NCBI GenBank assembly: GCA_025361885.1
Contig: JANYJF010000001.1
Location: 5,208-69,207 of the forward strand
Direction of reading: 5' to 3'
Length of the DNA stretch: 64,000 bases
Source: Coriobacteriia bacterium
GTDB taxonomy: Bacteria; Actinomycetota; Coriobacteriia; Anaerosomatales; PALSA-660
Positions 33,475 through 43,472 of this stretch are shown here, piece by piece. Both the position numbers and the translations under genes were made by a program. The number at the start of each line of letters is the position of its first letter. The stretch's first letter is position 1. The notes below the pieces were generated by a model. It was given only the letters and a program-made list of their open reading frames with translations, searched no databases and had not been told where the DNA came from.

Positions 33475-35460
33475 ATGGCTAAGGTCGAGATCATCGGCCC
33501 GAAGAGTCGGTTCTTCGAAGTCGTGAGTCTGCTACACGATCAAGGGACCCTGCACATCGAGGATCTTTCAAAGAAGATCGACTCGGGCGAAGTTCCGCTC
33601 GAACAGATGGAAGTACAGGTCGGCGAGAGGCTCGAGCAGGAGCGGATGGAAGACCTGCTCATCCGCGTGCGCGCGATCATCCAGGCACTGCACTTCCCTG
33701 GTGCCGAGGTGGACGAGGTCAAGCGCCAGCGCGAGTACCTCAGACTGTGGAAGATGGACACGGGCGAGCTCGCCAACGAGGTCACTGGTGTCATCGACGA
33801 GGTCGAGGACAAGACGTCCTCGCTGGCCGCGTCCCAGACCGACCTGGAGGCCGAGATCGGCCTTCTGTCGCGCTACGAGCCGATCCTCCACAAGATCCAG
33901 CCCCTCGCGAAGCAGATCGTGGCCACGGGTCAATTCGAGTCGGTGGCACTGCTGGTCGAGCGTCGCTACAAGGGCGCGCTCGACCAGCTCAAGGAAGAGC
34001 TCGACAAGATCACCAAGAAGCAGTGCGAGATCGTGTCCACTGACGTGGACGAAGACACCACCGCGGCCATCGTCGTGTTCTCGAAGACGTACTCGGACCC
34101 GGTGCACAAGTTCTTGGCGATGGAGAACGTCAACCAGATCCGCCTGCCCTCGGACATGCAGGGCATGCCATTCGACGAGGCCTACCGCTCCATCAAGGAG
34201 CGCCGCAAGGCGCTGCCCGGGCAGCTCGAGGACGTCCGCAAGGAACTCGAGTCCATGTCCAACAAGTGGTACCTCATACTCTCGACCATCCGCGACGTCC
34301 TCGCCGACAAGATCGACGAGATCGGCGCGATCCCGAAGTTCGGGCAGACGAGCTACGCGTTCGTGGTCACCGGCTGGATCCCCGTCGACGAGATGTCGGG
34401 TCTTCGCAAGGGCATCAAGGGCAGCTTCGGCGACGACGTGATCGTCAATCAGATCGAGATCGAGGAGAAGGACTTCGGCGAGACACCGGTCGCCATGAAG
34501 AACTCAAAGATCATGGCCCCGTTCGAGTTCCTTGTGGCCCAGCGGGGTATCCCGAAGTACGGGACGATGGACCCGACGTGGATGCTCTTCATCTTCTACC
34601 CGCTGTTCTTCGGCATGATCGTCGGCGACATCGGCTATGGCCTGCTCATGCTGGGCATCGTCGTGTGGCTGCGCATCAAGGGCAAGGACAACGACGGCAT
34701 GCAGCTCGCGACGTCGATCCTGGGCCCAGCGACGATGATGGTCATCATCTTCGGGTTCCTCTACGGCGAGTTCTTCGGCAACTTCCTCGGCAAGGAGTAC
34801 TTGAACCTGATCATCCCGATCAAGGTCGCGGGAGTCACGCTGCCGTTCAACCGCGTGGAGTTCGTCACGGTCTTCATGTACATCGCCATCGCGGTCGGCG
34901 TCATGCAGATCATGCTCAGCTTCGTGTTTGGCGTCGTCAACGCCATTCGCACCAAGAGCCGCCACCACCTCTGGGAGCGCGGCGGCCTGCTCGCACTCTT
35001 CGTGGGCATCATGCTCGCCGTCGTCGTCGGCGTGGTCCTGCCCAAGTTCGGCACATGGACCACCGTCGGACAGATCGTGTTCGCGGCCGTGGCGTTTGCC
35101 GGCTTCGTCTTCGCCATAAGAGGCGGCGGGATCATGGGTGCGATCGAGATGCTCGAGGGCATGACGCACATAGCGAGCTATATCCGTATCATGGCCGTCG
35201 GTCTGGCGGGTGCGATCTTCGCCGATGCCGTCAACGGCATCATGCACAAGTCCATCGGCAACCCGCCGACCGTGACCGGCGTCATCCTGGCCCTCTTCAT
35301 CGGCATCCTGCTGCATGGGCTGAACCTCCTGCTCGCGGCGTTCAGCCCCACGATCCATGCATTGCGCCTCAACTTCCTCGAGTTCTTCGGGGGATTCTTC
35401 GAGGCTGGCACGCAAGAGTACAAGCCGTTCCAAAAAACCGGAGGTGAAAAGAGCGCATGA
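33475..35460 (+). CDS. atpI: A/V-type ATP synthase subunit I (membrane a-type subunit)
   Basis: Soluble N-terminal half plus multi-TM C-terminal half with IRIMAVGLAG and LHGLNLLLAAFSPTIHALRLNFLEFF. Start uncertain: ATG at 33475, or the GTG at 33445 given in the track. Confidence 0.88.
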   Translation: MAKVEIIGPKSRFFEVVSLLHDQGTLHIEDLSKKIDSGEVPLEQMEVQVGERLEQERMEDLLIRVRAIIQALHFPGAEVDEVKRQREYLRLWKMDTGELANEVTGVIDEVEDKTSSLAASQTDLEAEIGLLSRYEPILHKIQPLAKQIVATGQFESVALLVERRYKGALDQLKEELDKITKKQCEIVSTDVDEDTTAAIVVFSKTYSDPVHKFLAMENVNQIRLPSDMQGMPFDEAYRSIKERRKALPGQLEDVRKELESMSNKWYLILSTIRDVLADKIDEIGAIPKFGQTSYAFVVTGWIPVDEMSGLRKGIKGSFGDDVIVNQIEIEEKDFGETPVAMKNSKIMAPFEFLVAQRGIPKYGTMDPTWMLFIFYPLFFGMIVGDIGYGLLMLGIVVWLRIKGKDNDGMQLATSILGPATMMVIIFGFLYGEFFGNFLGKEYLNLIIPIKVAGVTLPFNRVEFVTVFMYIAIAVGVMQIMLSFVFGVVNAIRTKSRHHLWERGGLLALFVGIMLAVVVGVVLPKFGTWTTVGQIVFAAVAFAGFVFAIRGGGIMGAIEMLEGMTHIASYIRIMAVGLAGAIFADAVNGIMHKSIGNPPTVTGVILALFIGILLHGLNLLLAAFSPTIHALRLNFLEFFGGFFEAGTQEYKPFQKTGGEKSA

Positions 35461-35783
35461 TCGACAAGAAGAAGACTGCAAAGCTGGTGTTTGGCGCCGC
35501 GTTCCTGGCGACTCTTATGGGAGCCGCTACGGCGTTCGCAGCCGAGACGACCGCGACCGCGGCCGTTGACTGGCGTGTCTCGGCCGCGAAGGCCATGGCC
35601 GCGGGTCTCGCCATGAGCGTGTCCGCCTTGGCCGCTGGCTATGCACAGGCGAAGATCGGTTCCGCCGGTGCCGGTACACTGGCTGAGCGCCCCGAAGTCT
35701 CCATCTGGGTCATCACCCTTCAGGCCCTCCCGGAGGTCATCGTCCTTCTGGGATTCGTGTCCGCCATCATGATCAACGGCTAG
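35457..35783 (+). CDS. atpK: A/V-type ATP synthase proteolipid subunit K/L (c-ring)
   Basis: 108 aa. Hydrophobic N-terminal segment plus a two-helix hairpin with the carboxylate in LPEVIVLLGF. ATGA overlap with atpI. Confidence 0.85.
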   Translation: MIDKKKTAKLVFGAAFLATLMGAATAFAAETTATAAVDWRVSAAKAMAAGLAMSVSALAAGYAQAKIGSAGAGTLAERPEVSIWVITLQALPEVIVLLGFVSAIMING

Positions 35784-35831
35784 AGCAGACTCGAACCACG
35801 CTCACACGCACGCGGAGAGGATCCACGGATC

Positions 35832-36410
35832 ATGGCGATCGAAGACATCTTCAGAGCGCTGGAGGAACAGGCCGACGAGGAGTGCAGGATGATCCTTGAA
35901 GGCGCCAAAGCGCAGGCGAAGGCGATCGAGGAAGAGGCACGCGAAGAGGCCAAGCGTATCCGCGATCGCAGGGTCGAAGTGGCCGACGCTTCGGTACGCG
36001 CACGTGCTCAGCATCTGCTGAACGCTGCACGGCTCGAGAACCGGAAGGCCACTGCGGCGGCCAAGGACAGCGGCGTCGAGGGGGTGTTCTCCGAGGCCGG
36101 CCGACAGCTGGCCGCCCTGCACGACACTCCGGAGTACGAACGCATCTTCCATCGGCTCGCTGAAGAGGCGCTCAATGGCGTCGAAGGTGATGTCGTGGTG
36201 CGAGTCTCCCCGGCGGACGCCCAGCTGGCGGTCGCGACCCTGACTGATCTGGGCCGCAAGGGTGAGGTCGAAGCCGACCTGGACACCAGCGGCGGAGTCA
36301 CGGTCGTCTCGAACGGCGGCACGGTCATCCGCCGTAACACGTTCGAAGACCGCATCCACAAGGCCCGTCCCCTGGTGCAGTCGCGGATCTCGGAGACATT
36401 GTTCGCATGA
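35832..36410 (+). CDS. atpE: A/V-type ATP synthase subunit E
   Basis: 192 aa, N-terminal Ala/Glu/Lys-rich helix, operon position. Confidence 0.8.
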   Translation: MAIEDIFRALEEQADEECRMILEGAKAQAKAIEEEAREEAKRIRDRRVEVADASVRARAQHLLNAARLENRKATAAAKDSGVEGVFSEAGRQLAALHDTPEYERIFHRLAEEALNGVEGDVVVRVSPADAQLAVATLTDLGRKGEVEADLDTSGGVTVVSNGGTVIRRNTFEDRIHKARPLVQSRISETLFA

Positions 36411-37498
36411 GCGAGCAGACGGTCAGCCTCTACGCCAAACGTCCCGGCAAGGACTATGGCTACTGCAACGCACGCGCACGCGGTATGCGTTCGCGCCTGT
36501 TCACGCGTGCCTTCCTCGATGACTTGATGGAGGCGCAGGACGTCAAGCGCGTGATCCAGATGCTGCAGGACACGGAGTACTCCGTCGATATCGATGCTGA
36601 GATCATCCACGGCAAGACGTTCCGATCCATCGACGAGGCGCTCAAGCGCAACATGGTGAGGACGTTCCAGAAGGTGATCGGTTTCTCCAACGACCAGGCC
36701 GGGCTGCTGCTGACAACGCTGTTGGGGCGCTGGGACCTGTTCAACCTCAAGACGATCATCCGCGGGAAGCACATGGAGCTGTCGCCGGACGAGATCGCCG
36801 TGAGTCTCATGCCGCTCGCATCGTTCAAAGAGGTGGACCTGAACGTGCTCACCCGCGAGCCGGACGTGCGCGCGGTCATCGATACACTCGCTACCTGGGG
36901 CGTAGAGTATGCCGCTCCCCTGCGCGATGCGGTCGTGGAGTACATCAAGACACAGGACCTGTCCTTTCTGGAGCTGTCGCTGGACCGCTACTACGCGGTA
37001 TCGGCGGCGAATCGTCTGCGAGGCCGGGGCCAGAACTACCAGGTCGCACGCCGGGTCCTGGGAGCACAGACCGACTCGACGAACCTGCTGACCGTGTTCC
37101 GTCTGCTCAAGGCGGACATGCATGACATCGACCCAAGCCGGTTCTTCCTCTCCGGTGGGCTCGACATCGACGAGGCTCAGTTCAGCGCGCTGGCCGCCAT
37201 GTCGGACGTCGACGAGGTGCTCGACCGGCTCAAGTCGACGCCGTACGGCAAGCCGCTGGAAGAGGTCGTCCTCACCTACATCGAGGAAGGTTCCATCTCG
37301 GTGTTCGAGCGTGCGCTCGAAGAGTTCGTGACGCGCCGCGCCTTCGCTGCCGGCCGCGGTGACCCCTTGGGCGTGGGAATCCTCATCGGCTACCTGTGGG
37401 CCAAGCAGAACGAGGTGACGAACCTCCGCATCATCGTCAAGGGCATCTCTGTCGGCATGCCGGTGGAACGCATGAGGAAGGAGCTGATCGTTGTATAA
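36407..37498 (+). CDS. atpC: A/V-type ATP synthase subunit C (d-type)
   Basis: 363 aa, YGYCNARARGMRSRL N-terminus typical of the family. ATGA overlap with atpE. Confidence 0.85.
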   Translation: MSEQTVSLYAKRPGKDYGYCNARARGMRSRLFTRAFLDDLMEAQDVKRVIQMLQDTEYSVDIDAEIIHGKTFRSIDEALKRNMVRTFQKVIGFSNDQAGLLLTTLLGRWDLFNLKTIIRGKHMELSPDEIAVSLMPLASFKEVDLNVLTREPDVRAVIDTLATWGVEYAAPLRDAVVEYIKTQDLSFLELSLDRYYAVSAANRLRGRGQNYQVARRVLGAQTDSTNLLTVFRLLKADMHDIDPSRFFLSGGLDIDEAQFSALAAMSDVDEVLDRLKSTPYGKPLEEVVLTYIEEGSISVFERALEEFVTRRAFAAGRGDPLGVGILIGYLWAKQNEVTNLRIIVKGISVGMPVERMRKELIVV

Positions 37499-37823
37499 GC
37501 TCATCGTCCTCACGGACCCCGACACGGCTGACGGCTTCCGGCTCGCCGGAGTCGATGTGCATGTCGCTTCATCGCCCGAAGAGGCGCGCAAGCAACTGAA
37601 CGCGCTCGTGGACGACGACGCGAGCGGCATCATCGCGGTCAACGAAGCGATGATGGCCGAGATCGACGAGCGGCTCCAGAAGAAGATCGACTCGATCTAC
37701 CGCCCCATAGTCATCTCCTTGCCCATCAAGGAGAAGCTGCATCTTGGAGAGGACCATCGGGCGTATCTGTCACGCCTGATCCGAAGAGCTATCGGATTCG
37801 ACATAACACTGAGGCGAGGCTGA
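37491..37823 (+). CDS. atpF: A/V-type ATP synthase subunit F
   Basis: 110 aa, TTG start, [17 protein letters not shown] motif. Confidence 0.85.
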   Translation: MYKLIVLTDPDTADGFRLAGVDVHVASSPEEARKQLNALVDDDASGIIAVNEAMMAEIDERLQKKIDSIYRPIVISLPIKEKLHLGEDHRAYLSRLIRRAIGFDITLRRG

Positions 37824-39574
37824 TGATTGCAGGAAGCATTCAAAAGATCACCGGCCCGGTCGTGGTTGCCGAGGGCATGACCGGTGCGAAGATGTACGAC
37901 GTGGTCCGTGTCGGCGCGTACGGACTGATGGGCGAGGTCATCCGCCTCGAGAGCGACCGTGCGACGATCCAAGTCTACGAGGACACGTCCGGCCTGATGG
38001 TAGGCGACGTGGTCGAGTCCACCGAGGGTCCGCTGATGGTCGAGCTCGGTCCGGGTCTGCTCTCGTCCATCTACGACGGCGTGCAGCGTCCGCTGCCCGA
38101 GATCGCCAAGACGGGCGACTTCATCGCCCGAGGCACCGTGGTCTCGGCGCTCGACCGCGAGAAGCTGTGGAAGTTCACGCCCTCGGTTGAACCCGGGACC
38201 ACCGTGGTCCCCGGCGACATACTCGGTACCATCCCGGAAGGGCAGACGATCATTCACAAGGTGATGGTCCCGCCGAAAGTCTCCGGCAAGGTCGTGACCG
38301 TGCTCCCCGTGGGCGAGTACAACATCGACACCGCCGTCGCCACGCTGGAGGACGGGACCAAGATCGGGATGACGCAGCGCTGGCCTGTACGTCAGGGGCG
38401 GCCCTACGCCAAGAAACTCGACCCGACGACCCCGTTCATCACAGGCATGCGGATCCTCGACACGTTCTTCCCGATCGCGCTGGGCGGCAACGCCATCATC
38501 CCGGGTGGCTTCGGCACTGGGAAGACCGTCACACAGCAGTCGCTCGCCAAGTGGGCCGATGTCGACATCATCGTCTACGTCGGCTGCGGGGAGCGCGGCA
38601 ACGAGATGACCGAGGTGCTCACCGAGTTCCCGCAACTGGACGACCCGAAGACGGGCGCCCCGTTGATGGACCGCACCGTGCTCGTCGCCAATACATCGAA
38701 CATGCCGGTCGCGGCGCGCGAAGCCTCGATCTATGTCGGCGCAACACTCGCCGAGTTCTATCGCGACATGGGCTACAACGTCGCGATGATGGCCGACTCC
38801 ACGTCCAGGTGGGGCGAGGCTCTGCGTGAGATCTCCGGTCGTTTGGAAGAGATGCCCGGCGAGGAAGGCTATCCGGCGTACCTCGCCACACGCCTCGCTG
38901 CTTTCTATGAGCGGTCCGGCCGTGTTCAGGCCCTCGGCAGCGAGACAGACCGGCTCGGGTCGGTCACCATGGTCGGCGCCGTATCGCCCGCCGGAGGTGA
39001 CATGTCGGAGCCGATGACGCAGAACTCTCTTCGCGTCACCGGTGCTTTCTGGGCGCTGGACACCTCGTTGGCGCACAGGCGCCACTTCCCGGCCATCTCG
39101 TGGACCAAGTCCTACACCCTGTACATGGGTCAGGTCCGCGGCTGGTTCGAGAGTAACGTCGCCAGCGATTGGCTGGCGTTCCGCGACCGTGCCATGTTCC
39201 TTCTACAGAAGGAGACCGAGCTGCAGGAGATCGTGCAGCTGGTCGGTCCGGACGCCCTCCCCGAGTCCGAGAAGATCATCCTCGAGGTCGCGCGCATGCT
39301 TCGGGAGGACTTCCTGCAGCAGTTCGCGTTCGACGCAGTCGACGCCTACTGCCCTCCCAAGAAGGGCTACTGGCTGCTAAAGACGATCATGGCGTTCCAC
39401 GACGCAGCGATCGGCGCTCTCAACAGAGGAGTGTCGCTGCGCCAGATCCTGCAGCTACCCCTGAGCGACGAGATCGCCCAGCTCAAGACCACACCGCACG
39501 AAGAGGCTCTCGCGAAGATGCCGAAGCTGTGCGGCCGCATCGCAGAAGACATCGCCGGAATCGAGGTGCTGTAA
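37823..39574 (+). CDS. atpA: A/V-type ATP synthase catalytic subunit A
   Basis: 583 aa, Walker [10 protein letters not shown], non-homologous insert region typical of A subunits. TGATG overlap with atpF. Confidence 0.96.
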   Translation: MIAGSIQKITGPVVVAEGMTGAKMYDVVRVGAYGLMGEVIRLESDRATIQVYEDTSGLMVGDVVESTEGPLMVELGPGLLSSIYDGVQRPLPEIAKTGDFIARGTVVSALDREKLWKFTPSVEPGTTVVPGDILGTIPEGQTIIHKVMVPPKVSGKVVTVLPVGEYNIDTAVATLEDGTKIGMTQRWPVRQGRPYAKKLDPTTPFITGMRILDTFFPIALGGNAIIPGGFGTGKTVTQQSLAKWADVDIIVYVGCGERGNEMTEVLTEFPQLDDPKTGAPLMDRTVLVANTSNMPVAAREASIYVGATLAEFYRDMGYNVAMMADSTSRWGEALREISGRLEEMPGEEGYPAYLATRLAAFYERSGRVQALGSETDRLGSVTMVGAVSPAGGDMSEPMTQNSLRVTGAFWALDTSLAHRRHFPAISWTKSYTLYMGQVRGWFESNVASDWLAFRDRAMFLLQKETELQEIVQLVGPDALPESEKIILEVARMLREDFLQQFAFDAVDAYCPPKKGYWLLKTIMAFHDAAIGALNRGVSLRQILQLPLSDEIAQLKTTPHEEALAKMPKLCGRIAEDIAGIEVL

Positions 39575-39578
39575 AGAC

Positions 39579-41009
39579 ATGGCCGAAATGACCGCCACCC
39601 CGACACCGTCGCTGCTCTCCGTCGACTATCGGACCGTCAACTACGTCACCGGCCCGCTCGTGTTCGTCAACAACGTGCACAAGGTCGCGTACAACGAGAT
39701 GGTCAGCATCGTCCTCCCCGACAAGTCGGTCCGCTCCGGCCAGGTCCTCGAGATCTCGGGTGACATCGCAGTCATCCAGGTGTTCGAGGGCACGGCGGGT
39801 ATCGACGCGGACCGCACGACCGTCCAGTTCCTGGAGGAGGTCGCGCGAGTCGACGTGGCTCCCGAGCTCCTGGGCCGCATCCTCAACGGCGTCGGCAAGC
39901 CGATCGACGGCGGGGCGCCCATCATCCCGGAGCGGCGCCTGGACATCACCGGCTCGCCGATCAATCCGTACTCGCGCGAGCAGCCGGCCGACTTCATAGA
40001 GACCGGCATCTCGGCCATCGACGGCCTCAACACGCTCGTACGCGGACAGAAGCTCCCGATCTTCTCCGGCTCGGGCCTCCCGGCCAACGAGCTTGCGGCG
40101 CAGATCATCCGCCAGGCGCGGGTCAAGACGGGCGAGGAGTTCGCCATCGTCTTCGCCGCCATGGGCATCACCAATCGCGAGGCCGCGTACTTCAAGCAGC
40201 AGTTCGAGGACACGGGCGCACTCGAGCGCGTCGTGTTCTTCCTGAACCTGGCCGACGACCCCACGGTCGAACGCTTGCTGACCCCGAAGGTGGCCCTCAC
40301 GGTCGCCGAGTACCTGGCGTTCGAGAAGGACTTGCAGGTCCTCGTGGTCCTCTCCGACATGACGAACTACTGCGAGGCTCTTCGCGAAGTCTCGACCGCA
40401 CGCGAAGAGGTCCCGGGCCGCCGCGGCTACCCGGGCTACATGTACACCGACCTGTCGACCATCTACGAGCGCGCCGGCCGTATCAAGGGCCGCAAGGGCT
40501 CGGTCACGCAGCTCCCGATCCTGTCGATGCCCGACGACGACATCACCCACCCGATCCCGGACCTCACCGGCTACATCACCGAGGGTCAGATCGTGCTGAG
40601 CCGCCAACTGCACCGTCGCGGCGTGTTCCCGCCCATCGACACCCTGCCGTGCCTGAGCCGCCTGATGAACCTGGGCATCGGCGAAGGCAAGACTCGTGAG
40701 GACCACCGCGCGGTCGCCAACCAGCTCTACGCCGCGTACGCGCAGGGCCGCGACCTGCGGCGCCTGGTCGCCATCGTCGGCGAGGAAGCGCTGTCGGACA
40801 CCGACCGGCGATACCTGCGATTCGCCGACGACTTCGAGTCACGGATCGTGGGCCAGGGTGACGAAAGCCGCACCATCGAGCAGACGCTGGCCATCAGCTG
40901 GGAGCTCATGGCGGGTCTGCCGATGAGCGAGCTTAAGCGTGTCCGCGAGTTCATCCCGAAGTACCATCCCACCGCGGGCGACGCCGCCAAGGACAAGGGC
41001 GACCTGTAA
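39579..41009 (+). CDS. atpB: A/V-type ATP synthase subunit B
   Basis: 476 aa, [13 protein letters not shown] (degenerate P-loop), [22 protein letters not shown]. Confidence 0.96.
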   Translation: MAEMTATPTPSLLSVDYRTVNYVTGPLVFVNNVHKVAYNEMVSIVLPDKSVRSGQVLEISGDIAVIQVFEGTAGIDADRTTVQFLEEVARVDVAPELLGRILNGVGKPIDGGAPIIPERRLDITGSPINPYSREQPADFIETGISAIDGLNTLVRGQKLPIFSGSGLPANELAAQIIRQARVKTGEEFAIVFAAMGITNREAAYFKQQFEDTGALERVVFFLNLADDPTVERLLTPKVALTVAEYLAFEKDLQVLVVLSDMTNYCEALREVSTAREEVPGRRGYPGYMYTDLSTIYERAGRIKGRKGSVTQLPILSMPDDDITHPIPDLTGYITEGQIVLSRQLHRRGVFPPIDTLPCLSRLMNLGIGEGKTREDHRAVANQLYAAYAQGRDLRRLVAIVGEEALSDTDRRYLRFADDFESRIVGQGDESRTIEQTLAISWELMAGLPMSELKRVREFIPKYHPTAGDAAKDKGDL

Positions 41010-41024
41010 GGAGCCGTAAGCCGC

Positions 41025-41678
41025 ATGGAAGAGGTACGCCCGACCAGATCCGAACTACTCGAGCGACGGAGCCAGATCTCCCTCGCCGAGCAGGGCATGG
41101 ACCTGCTCAAGCAGAAGCGGGACGCGCTCCTGATCGAGTTCATGTCGGTCATGGACGAGACGCTGCGACTGTCCGGCAGCCTGCAGAAGACGACGCAGGA
41201 GGCGCAGTACGCGCTGGCCATCGCCCAGTCGGTCGACGGCACCGTCTCGCTCCGGTCGGCGGCCTTGGCCACGACGGGCGAGATCACCATCGACATGACA
41301 GGTACCAAGATCATGGGCGTGTCCGTCCCCGTTGTCACAAAAGGGGAGAGCCCGGTGAAGTCGTCCTTCACGCGAGGCTACTCGATCACGGGCGTCAGCT
41401 CACGTATCGATGAGACCGCGGAGAAGTTCGAGAAGATCCTCGACGTCATCATCGAGTACGCCGACATCGAGACCCGGCTCAAGCGCTTGGGCGAGGAGAT
41501 CCAGAAGACCAACCGCCGCGTGAACGCGCTCGAGCAGATCACGGTGCCCGGGCTGCGCGAACAGGTGACGTACATCCGCCAGACGCTCGACGAGCGGGCC
41601 CGCGAGGACCTGTTCCGCCTCAAGAAGGTCAAACGGAAGATCGAGAGCAAGAAGCGCGCGGTGCAGATGGCGTCCTAG
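41025..41678 (+). CDS. atpD: A/V-type ATP synthase subunit D (central stalk)
   Basis: 217 aa, PTRSELLERR...RRVNALE motifs. Confidence 0.9.
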   Translation: MEEVRPTRSELLERRSQISLAEQGMDLLKQKRDALLIEFMSVMDETLRLSGSLQKTTQEAQYALAIAQSVDGTVSLRSAALATTGEITIDMTGTKIMGVSVPVVTKGESPVKSSFTRGYSITGVSSRIDETAEKFEKILDVIIEYADIETRLKRLGEEIQKTNRRVNALEQITVPGLREQVTYIRQTLDERAREDLFRLKKVKRKIESKKRAVQMAS

Positions 41679-42130
41679 GCTCGACGCGCCGACGCTTGAC
41701 GAGCGAAGAGGGCGGCCCCGACGGGGCCGCCCTCTTCGCTCGTCACAGACTCAGGCCACGCCCGAACGATCGGTGCGACCCCTTGTCCCTTGTCCACGAC
41801 GACCTTGTAGATGTCCTGCAGCACGTCGACGCTGTTGCGCGAGTGCTTGGTCATCTCTCGCGCGAAGACCAGGATGCTTTGGACGTCGACCATCCTCAGC
41901 TTGGAGAAATGCAGGTCGTCCCACTCGGTGTGAGCCACGTAGGCCCACAGCTCGCCAAGCACCCAGCCGAGCGCCTCGATCTCGCCCATCGCGAGCATCG
42001 CCCACTCGGTCTTCATGCCCTGGCGCATGCGCTCCATGGCGCGTTCGACAGCGCGGGCCTTTCGGATCTGGAAGGTCCGCATCCCGATCTCTTCGTCGGT
42101 GACATCCGGACGCTGGTTGTTCATGTTCAT
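41675..42130 (-). CDS. Hypothetical protein (151 aa, predicted helical, no family recognised)
   Basis: ATG at 42130 with GGAGAGGGG upstream. GC3-rich codon usage through most of its length. MNMNNQRPDVTDEEIG...EWAMLAMGEIEALGWVLGELWAYVAHTEWDD. Confidence 0.6.
   Translation of the reverse strand: MNMNNQRPDVTDEEIGMRTFQIRKARAVERAMERMRQGMKTEWAMLAMGEIEALGWVLGELWAYVAHTEWDDLHFSKLRMVDVQSILVFAREMTKHSRNSVDVLQDIYKVVVDKGQGVAPIVRAWPESVTSEEGGPVGAALFARQASARRA
41698..41744. terminator. Perfect 22-bp palindromic hairpin (3-nt loop) between convergent atpD and a hypothetical gene; candidate bidirectional terminator
   Basis: GACGAGCGAAGAGGGCGGCCCC-GAC-GGGGCCGCCCTCTTCGCTCGTC read directly. It lies inside the 3' end of the reverse-strand ORF. 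Confidence 0.6.
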
Positions 42131-42239
42131 CTGCGCGGATCCCCTCTCCGGAGGTGTACGCTGCTTGTCTTCGCCGTTGCCGCCGAATCTCCTGCCTGCA
42201 TGGGGTCCCGCGGGTTCGGACGGGGGGCGAGCCGTGCGG

Positions 42240-42268
42240 TTGTGCGGGTGTGGGACCGACTCTAGAAT
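42240..42268 (+). promoter_or_regulatory. Possible promoter for nitroreductase-udg-tsaE... (TTGTGC, 17-nt spacer, TAGAAT)
   Basis: Hexamers and 17-nt spacing read directly. About 75 nt upstream of the GTG at 42343. Confidence 0.4.
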
Positions 42269-42342
42269 GGGCTTCGGCGCGCGGACCGCGCCTCCAAGGG
42301 GCCTTCGGGCGCCGTCTACATCGAACGAAAGGGCCACGCGCA

Positions 42343-42858
42343 GTGGAATTCTCGGAAGTGATCGCAAGGCGCAGGAGCGTCAGGCACTTCAACCCGAAAC
42401 TCGCCGTATCCGACGAGGACGTCAACGCGCTGCTCGAAGCCGCTGTCACGGCACCGACGGCCGGCAACATCCAGCCGTGGCGGTTCGTCGTCGTGCGCGG
42501 CCTGCCGGCGCGCGAACGCCTCGCGGGCGCCCTTCACCAGAAGTGGGCGACCGGAGCTCCAGTGACCATAGTCGTGTGCGTGGATCCGCGGCCGTGCTAT
42601 GCGCGGTACAACGACCGGGGCGAGCGCCTCTACGCGATCCAGGACACGGCCGCGGCGGTGCAGAACATCCTGCTCGCGGCCGTCGACCGCGGGCTGGCGG
42701 CGTGCTGGGTCGGCGCATTCGACGAGAACGCCGTGCGCGGGGCACTCGGGATCACCGCGCCGATCACTCCCATCGCGATCGTCCCCGTCGGACATTCGGC
42801 GGAGGCCGCGGGTCGTCCCGCCAGGCGGCCGCTCTCCGAGGTCACGACGTGGCTCTAG
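42343..42858 (+). CDS. Nitroreductase-family (FMN-dependent) protein
   Basis: (M)EFSEVIARRRSVRHF...APTAGNIQPWRFVVV, 171 aa. GTG start chosen by N-terminal conservation. Confidence 0.85.
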   Translation: MEFSEVIARRRSVRHFNPKLAVSDEDVNALLEAAVTAPTAGNIQPWRFVVVRGLPARERLAGALHQKWATGAPVTIVVCVDPRPCYARYNDRGERLYAIQDTAAAVQNILLAAVDRGLAACWVGAFDENAVRGALGITAPITPIAIVPVGHSAEAAGRPARRPLSEVTTWL

Positions 42859-43469
42859 AGGCGCGGCTCGACTGTCCCGACCTCCCGTCGCTCGCCGCGC
42901 ACATCGGCGACTGTCATCGCTGCCCGCTGGGCGACACCCGCACCAAGCTCGTGTTCGGCGTCGGGGACCCACACGCCGAGCTCATGTTCATCGGCGAGGC
43001 GCCGGGCAAGAACGAGGATCTGAAGGGCGAGCCCTTCGTGGGCGCCGCCGGCAGGTTCCTGGACGAGCTGCTCGCTTCCATCGGTCTGACTCGCTCCCAG
43101 GTCTACATCGCCAACGTGCTGAAGTGCCGTCCGCCCGGCAACCGTGACCCTGCGGCCATCGAGATCGCCACCTGCACGCCGTTCCTGGCGCAGCAGGTCC
43201 GACTGATCGATCCAAAGGTCATCGCCACGCTCGGCAACTTCGCGACACGCTGGCTGCTGGACACCACGGCCGGCATCACAGGGCTTCGTGGCAAGCTCTA
43301 CCACGTCGAAGGGCGGCAGGTCGTGCCCATCTTCCATCCGGCCGTCGCGCTCTACGACCCGCGCAAGCGTGACGATCTGCTCGACGACTTCAAGCGCTTG
43401 CGCGCCGTGATCGACCGCACCGGCACGAATCCCGACGAGGGCGGCGCGCCCGCGCCGCCGGTGGGCTGA
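42849..43469 (+). CDS. udg: Uracil-DNA glycosylase, family 4 (Fe-S type)
   Basis: CHRCPL...VFGVGDPHAELMFIGEAPGKNEDLKGEPFVGAAG...HP motifs. GTG start overlaps the nitroreductase stop. Confidence 0.88.
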   Translation: MALEARLDCPDLPSLAAHIGDCHRCPLGDTRTKLVFGVGDPHAELMFIGEAPGKNEDLKGEPFVGAAGRFLDELLASIGLTRSQVYIANVLKCRPPGNRDPAAIEIATCTPFLAQQVRLIDPKVIATLGNFATRWLLDTTAGITGLRGKLYHVEGRQVVPIFHPAVALYDPRKRDDLLDDFKRLRAVIDRTGTNPDEGGAPAPPVG

Positions 43470-43472
43470 GAG

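Noticed and set aside
35457-35570. Signal-peptide-like N-terminus (MIDKKKTAKLVFGAAFLATLMGAATAFA|AE) on the ATPase proteolipid subunit, considered as a possible novelty
   Set aside because: As far as I recall, the Thermus A/V-ATPase proteolipid (subunit L) has the same kind of N-terminal hydrophobic segment ending in AFAAEE. This therefore looks like a family trait rather than something new. The carboxylate helix (LPEVIVLLGF) is intact.
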